Of a stretch of 64,000 bases of DNA, positions 60,215-64,000 are shown one piece after another; position 1 is the stretch's first letter; every line of letters starts with the position of its first letter. The stretch covers positions 1,408,001 to 1,472,000 of the forward strand of contig CAXXIA010000001.1 of assembly GCA_963666985.2 (NCBI GenBank), written 5' to 3'. A program made the position numbers and the translations under genes. The DNA is from Spirochaetia bacterium. GTDB taxonomy: Bacteria > Spirochaetota > Spirochaetia > DSM-2461. Under the pieces are notes generated by a model. The model was not told where the DNA came from and did not search any database. It was given only the letters and a program-made list of their open reading frames with translations.

Positions 60215-61528
60215 TTACACATATTCGGGAAGCCATTCCCGATGAGCTTCGAAAAGTTCATCGCATAACGCAATAATTCTTTCCGGAGGTAATTCGCCGG
60301 CGGTATGAGGATCGAGCATGGCCGCCTGATAGACAAGTTCCCGGCTTCTGCTCAAAGTTGCCTCAGCAGCCAGAATCTGAACGTTGATATTCGTTCGATT
60401 CAATGCCGCACACTGAGGCGGAAGCGGAGGAACCGTAATACCGTGGATTCCCGTCCCGTCAACCAGGCAAGGAACCTCCACAGCTGCTTCCTTCGGAAGA
60501 TTAGGAATAAAGGAATATTCATTGACAATATTTCCGTGGATACAGGAAGGCTTTCCCGTTACAACGGAATCCATTATATCCGCACCATATTCCACGGTTC
60601 TCTTATGCTCGATTTTTCCTTCAGCGATTATTTCCTTATAATCTTCATGCCAGTCCGCTATCTGTGCCCGGCAGCGTCTGGGATACTCGTCCAGAGGTAT
60701 TGAAAATCGATCAATAAGATCAGGAGAGTCCTTGCGAATCCAATACGGTGTATATTCCGACAAATGCTCGGAAGACTCGGTTACATAGTAGCCGAAATAC
60801 TTCATCATCTCGAAACGAACCATATCGTTATGAAGACCTGACGCATTCTTTTCCGCGGCTCTTTTTTTTATTTCAGGATAGAGATCGGTATTACCATCCC
60901 GAATTTCCAGAAGCCATGCCATATGGTTAATTCCGGCGATTTTCCATTTCGGATTATTCGCTTCCATGTCCAATGATTTAAGAAGATGCGGGACACAAAC
61001 CTGAACCGAATGACACAAGCCTACAGAGGAAATGGATGATGCCTTCTGAATCGCCGCCATAATAATTGCCATGGGATTGGTATAGTTCAAAAGAAGGGCA
61101 TTCGGACAAACATCTTCCATTTCCGCCAGGAAATCGAGCATAACCGGAATGGTTCTCATGGCTCTGAAGATTCCGGCAATACCCAAAGTATCGCCTATGG
61201 TTTGAAGGAGTCCGTAACGTTTGGGGATTTCAAAGTCCGTTATCGTCGCCGGATCATATCCGCCAACCTGGATTGCGTTGATAACAAAATCGGCTCCTCT
61301 CAGCGCTTCACGGCGTTCGTATTGGCCCAAATGAACTGAAATCTGAGCGCGATTATCATTCAATGTCTCGTTGAGAGCTTCAAGAACAGTTTTTGATTCG
61401 GTCAATCGATCAACATTGATGTCGTAGAGAGCCACATGAGAATCTTTGAGGGACTCTGTTAAAAAGGCATCGCCAATAAGATTCTTAACGAATATTGTAC
61501 TGCCGGCTCCAAGGAATGTTATTTTCAT
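60215..61528 (-). CDS. melA: GH4 NAD+/Mn2+-dependent alpha-galactosidase/alpha-glucosidase (MelA-like)
   Basis: KITFLGAGS, QTIGDTLG, NYTNPM, GLCHSV, GINHMAW, TESSEH. Confidence 0.9.
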   Translation of the reverse strand: MKITFLGAGSTIFVKNLIGDAFLTESLKDSHVALYDINVDRLTESKTVLEALNETLNDNRAQISVHLGQYERREALRGADFVINAIQVGGYDPATITDFEIPKRYGLLQTIGDTLGIAGIFRAMRTIPVMLDFLAEMEDVCPNALLLNYTNPMAIIMAAIQKASSISSVGLCHSVQVCVPHLLKSLDMEANNPKWKIAGINHMAWLLEIRDGNTDLYPEIKKRAAEKNASGLHNDMVRFEMMKYFGYYVTESSEHLSEYTPYWIRKDSPDLIDRFSIPLDEYPRRCRAQIADWHEDYKEIIAEGKIEHKRTVEYGADIMDSVVTGKPSCIHGNIVNEYSFIPNLPKEAAVEVPCLVDGTGIHGITVPPLPPQCAALNRTNINVQILAAEATLSRSRELVYQAAMLDPHTAGELPPERIIALCDELFEAHREWLPEYV

Positions 61529-61558
61529 CAAGCATCCTCTGCAATTCTGTAATTATTC

Positions 61559-61573
61559 TTAAAACGTTTGCAA
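61559..61573. promoter_or_regulatory. Candidate LacI-family operator upstream of the GH4 operon
   Basis: ttaaaacgtttgcaa, an imperfect palindrome with central CG (AAACGTTT); a minus-strand TTGACA lies at 61598-61603. Confidence 0.6.
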
Positions 61574-61713
61574 TATATTTCCATAACCACGATTCACTGT
61601 CAAGAAGAAATAATCTTTCTTAAGAGAATGGGATAAAAAGAATCTACTGTAAGTATTACAGTAGAACTTTATTAGTGAGATTCTTCATGATAACGGCTTG
61701 TTAAATCTTTATT

Positions 61714-63768
61714 TCAGCAGCTCTTAAACCCGTCGATATCCTTGAAATCGATGTTCCGAACCGTCCCGTCGGCCAGAGTAATCCGCGCGCCCAAGGCCGA
61801 TCCGGTCGGTGTTATTTCCATGATACGCAAATCCCTGATGGGAGAAAGTTCCGCTTCGCTCCAGTCCGAATCGTCGGTTCGGTGCAGCATCACCGTAATC
61901 ATCAGTTCCATCGCCGGGTTCTTGGCGATTCGTTTCTTCCGCGCATAAAGAACCGTGCTCTCATCGGCCTCGGCGTTTTTTCCCTGATGCACCAGGGCGT
62001 CAATTTCGTCCCAGCCGCCGTAAGCCATAAAGGCCAAACTTCTCCCCGGGATAGACGCCGTAAGGCCGCGGCGCCGTTCATCTTCGAACCGCCGCACCAC
62101 CGCCTGCTTGCCGCCCGGATGAGGGAGTCCGAAATGGCCCAGGGTCAGCTCATGTTCGAACGCCAGCCGGGATCGATCCACTCTCACCACTCCCCCGTCT
62201 ATCGGGAACTCGGCCAAATCGATGATGTATCCCACCCCGTTGTTCGGCGGACGGCGCATAATGGCCTGCCGGTACACCACCCCGTTACGGGTTCCGTTGT
62301 AGAGAATGCTCTCGGCTCCGGTGAAGGCTCGGTTCGCCTCGGCGTCGTTGCCCACCTTGATGCCGGTCAGATAAAAGTTCACATCCTCACCCCGCAAATC
62401 GCGGGGATCCAGACTGCGGAAGGTGTATTCCATGGCGCTTCCGCCGGCCGGATTCCGATCTTCCCAGGGAAAATGGGTGTTATAGACAAGCTTTCCGTAA
62501 TTCGGATCGTTGTAGTACACCTTGCCCGGAATGATTTCGGAGGTTCCTGTTTTCCCGTGGTTCATGAGGATAAGACCGGGCTGATCCAGCACCGTCTGGC
62601 GGGATTTTTCTCCGAGATCGGGCCAAAAACCTTCGTTCTCCACGGCCGTCCAAAAGGGCGCGTCTTCCGGCAGAGCCAGGGCGATGAACGGCAGGAACAT
62701 GAGGAAAGGGCTTCCCGGGCAGCTGTAGTTCTGCAAAACAAACTCCCGGTGACCGTAGAATCCCAAGGAAGGAACGTCGTTAACGAAGAAATCTTCCCGG
62801 GAAACGAACTGCAAAAGAGATCCGGTGCAAAGTCTCCGCGCGAATCCCGGATCCAGCGGCTGATGACCTTTGAGCATGAATGAAACGGTAAAGCCTCCGG
62901 AGATCCAAGTACGGTAGCAGATACTCCTGGCCCACATCGTGATAAATCCGTTCCGAGCGAAGAAGTTGGTGTAGGTCTTCATCAGGCTCTGGGCTGTGGC
63001 CTCCACGGCCGCGGCGATTTGGGGATAATGCTCATCACCGTAGGCCCGATTCCAGATGGTCATGTACACAACGAATAGACTGATGGTGTAGTAGTTATAG
63101 GTCTGCTCCAGATACCATCCGTCGCCCGAGTGGTGGGAGGTTACCCAAAGCAGATGGTCCTTCAGAAGCTGTTCGTCGATTTCATACCCTTCCATCTGCA
63201 AAAAAGAGAGCGTGCAGATATTGAAAATACGCCAGTTGTTCTGGGTGGTTCGGTGGTGAGCCCATTTGGAAATACACGGGACCATGGCGTCCTTTTCTTC
63301 CCGGGTGTACTTGTTCCACACATCGGGCAAGAGCAGAAAGGTCTTGAAAAGGCCGCCGAACTCACAAGTGTACTGGTAGGTGGCGTCCGGAAGGTCTTCG
63401 GGCAGAGGCAGAGAGTTCGCGTTTCCCGGAGTGAAGGTCCGATAAAACTGACGGCGGTAATACTCCATCAGCGGGATGCCCCGGATTTCCACGTCCGGTT
63501 CGATATGGATAAGAGGCGCCGCGATGGTAAAGGAGCGTTCCAGCGCTTCGAATTCATGCGAGCGGTACCGCCAAGGCGGATCTCCGGGCTGGGGATAGGT
63601 TTTTCCCTCAACGATGGGCAGAATCATAGGCGCATCAAGATCCGGAACATGCGTAAAAGCCCTATCGAGCAGATATTCGGCCAGTTCTCTATAATGTTCC
63701 CGCGTCATGCCCGTAAAGGGACTTAATTCGAAATCGGGATTCAGCGGCGTGTAAGCTTTCTTTTGCAT
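61714..63768 (-). CDS. DUF2264-like protein (possible glycosidase)
   Basis: SPFTGMTREH, EALER, NNWRIF, GDGWY, RSICYR and YSCPGSP motifs. Confidence 0.72.
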   Translation of the reverse strand: MQKKAYTPLNPDFELSPFTGMTREHYRELAEYLLDRAFTHVPDLDAPMILPIVEGKTYPQPGDPPWRYRSHEFEALERSFTIAAPLIHIEPDVEIRGIPLMEYYRRQFYRTFTPGNANSLPLPEDLPDATYQYTCEFGGLFKTFLLLPDVWNKYTREEKDAMVPCISKWAHHRTTQNNWRIFNICTLSFLQMEGYEIDEQLLKDHLLWVTSHHSGDGWYLEQTYNYYTISLFVVYMTIWNRAYGDEHYPQIAAAVEATAQSLMKTYTNFFARNGFITMWARSICYRTWISGGFTVSFMLKGHQPLDPGFARRLCTGSLLQFVSREDFFVNDVPSLGFYGHREFVLQNYSCPGSPFLMFLPFIALALPEDAPFWTAVENEGFWPDLGEKSRQTVLDQPGLILMNHGKTGTSEIIPGKVYYNDPNYGKLVYNTHFPWEDRNPAGGSAMEYTFRSLDPRDLRGEDVNFYLTGIKVGNDAEANRAFTGAESILYNGTRNGVVYRQAIMRRPPNNGVGYIIDLAEFPIDGGVVRVDRSRLAFEHELTLGHFGLPHPGGKQAVVRRFEDERRRGLTASIPGRSLAFMAYGGWDEIDALVHQGKNAEADESTVLYARKKRIAKNPAMELMITVMLHRTDDSDWSEAELSPIRDLRIMEITPTGSALGARITLADGTVRNIDFKDIDGFKSC

Positions 63769-64000
63769 GATACTCTCTCATCCTTTCCAATTTAAAATGC
63801 CGGATTTCGTTTTCAATTATGATTCTCACCATCGATCGATTTCCGTCACGGACCTGTATTTCCGTTCCGGTTGTCCCTGCGGATATCTATTAGCCAATTA
63901 TGACACGACTTTCCGCCGCCGGTTCCAAAACTTCCCGATCGGCATAATCTCCGGCGAATCATTACGGATTCCGCGAACTGCCGTGAGTTCATATAAGAAA

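Overview
Chromosomal window from a moderately high-GC spirochaete (Spirochaetales-like; inferred from the periplasmic-flagellar collar gene flbB, the FlgE Lys/Cys cross-link motif and a Borrelia/Treponema-like gene order). 1-26.4 kb is one co-directional minus-strand run, read from 26.4 kb downward: mraZ-rsmH-ftsL-murF-mraY-ftsW-ftsQ-ftsA-ftsZ-xerD-TPR-dprA-xerC-hslV-hslU-flgB-(small ORF)-flgC-fliEFGHIJ-flbB-fliK-flgD-flgE-flbD-motA-motB. It is headed by a sigma70-type promoter and a 10-bp-periodic GTGGG array that looks like an MraZ operator. 26.6-49.5 kb holds housekeeping and poorly characterised genes: STAS protein, GH57 + DUF4912, methyltransferase, degenerate M23, cdd, recN, nadK, a DegT-like protein lacking the PLP lysine, cheW, a retropepsin-RimK fusion, pyk, adk, upp, a putative beta-barrel and a nitroreductase. 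49.6-64 kb is a carbohydrate-utilisation region: AraC + ABC + GH127, a lower-GC GH4/ABC/LacI block, and a DUF2264-like protein. I found no rRNA, tRNA, CRISPR array, transposase or prophage. The most notable signals are several apparently leaderless genes, a 56-codon ORF with its own RBS between flgB and flgC, two predicted pseudo-enzymes, the RimB-RimK fusion and a possible arabinogalactan-oligosaccharide locus. I cannot claim a definitely new system. All family calls come from motif recognition, not database searches.
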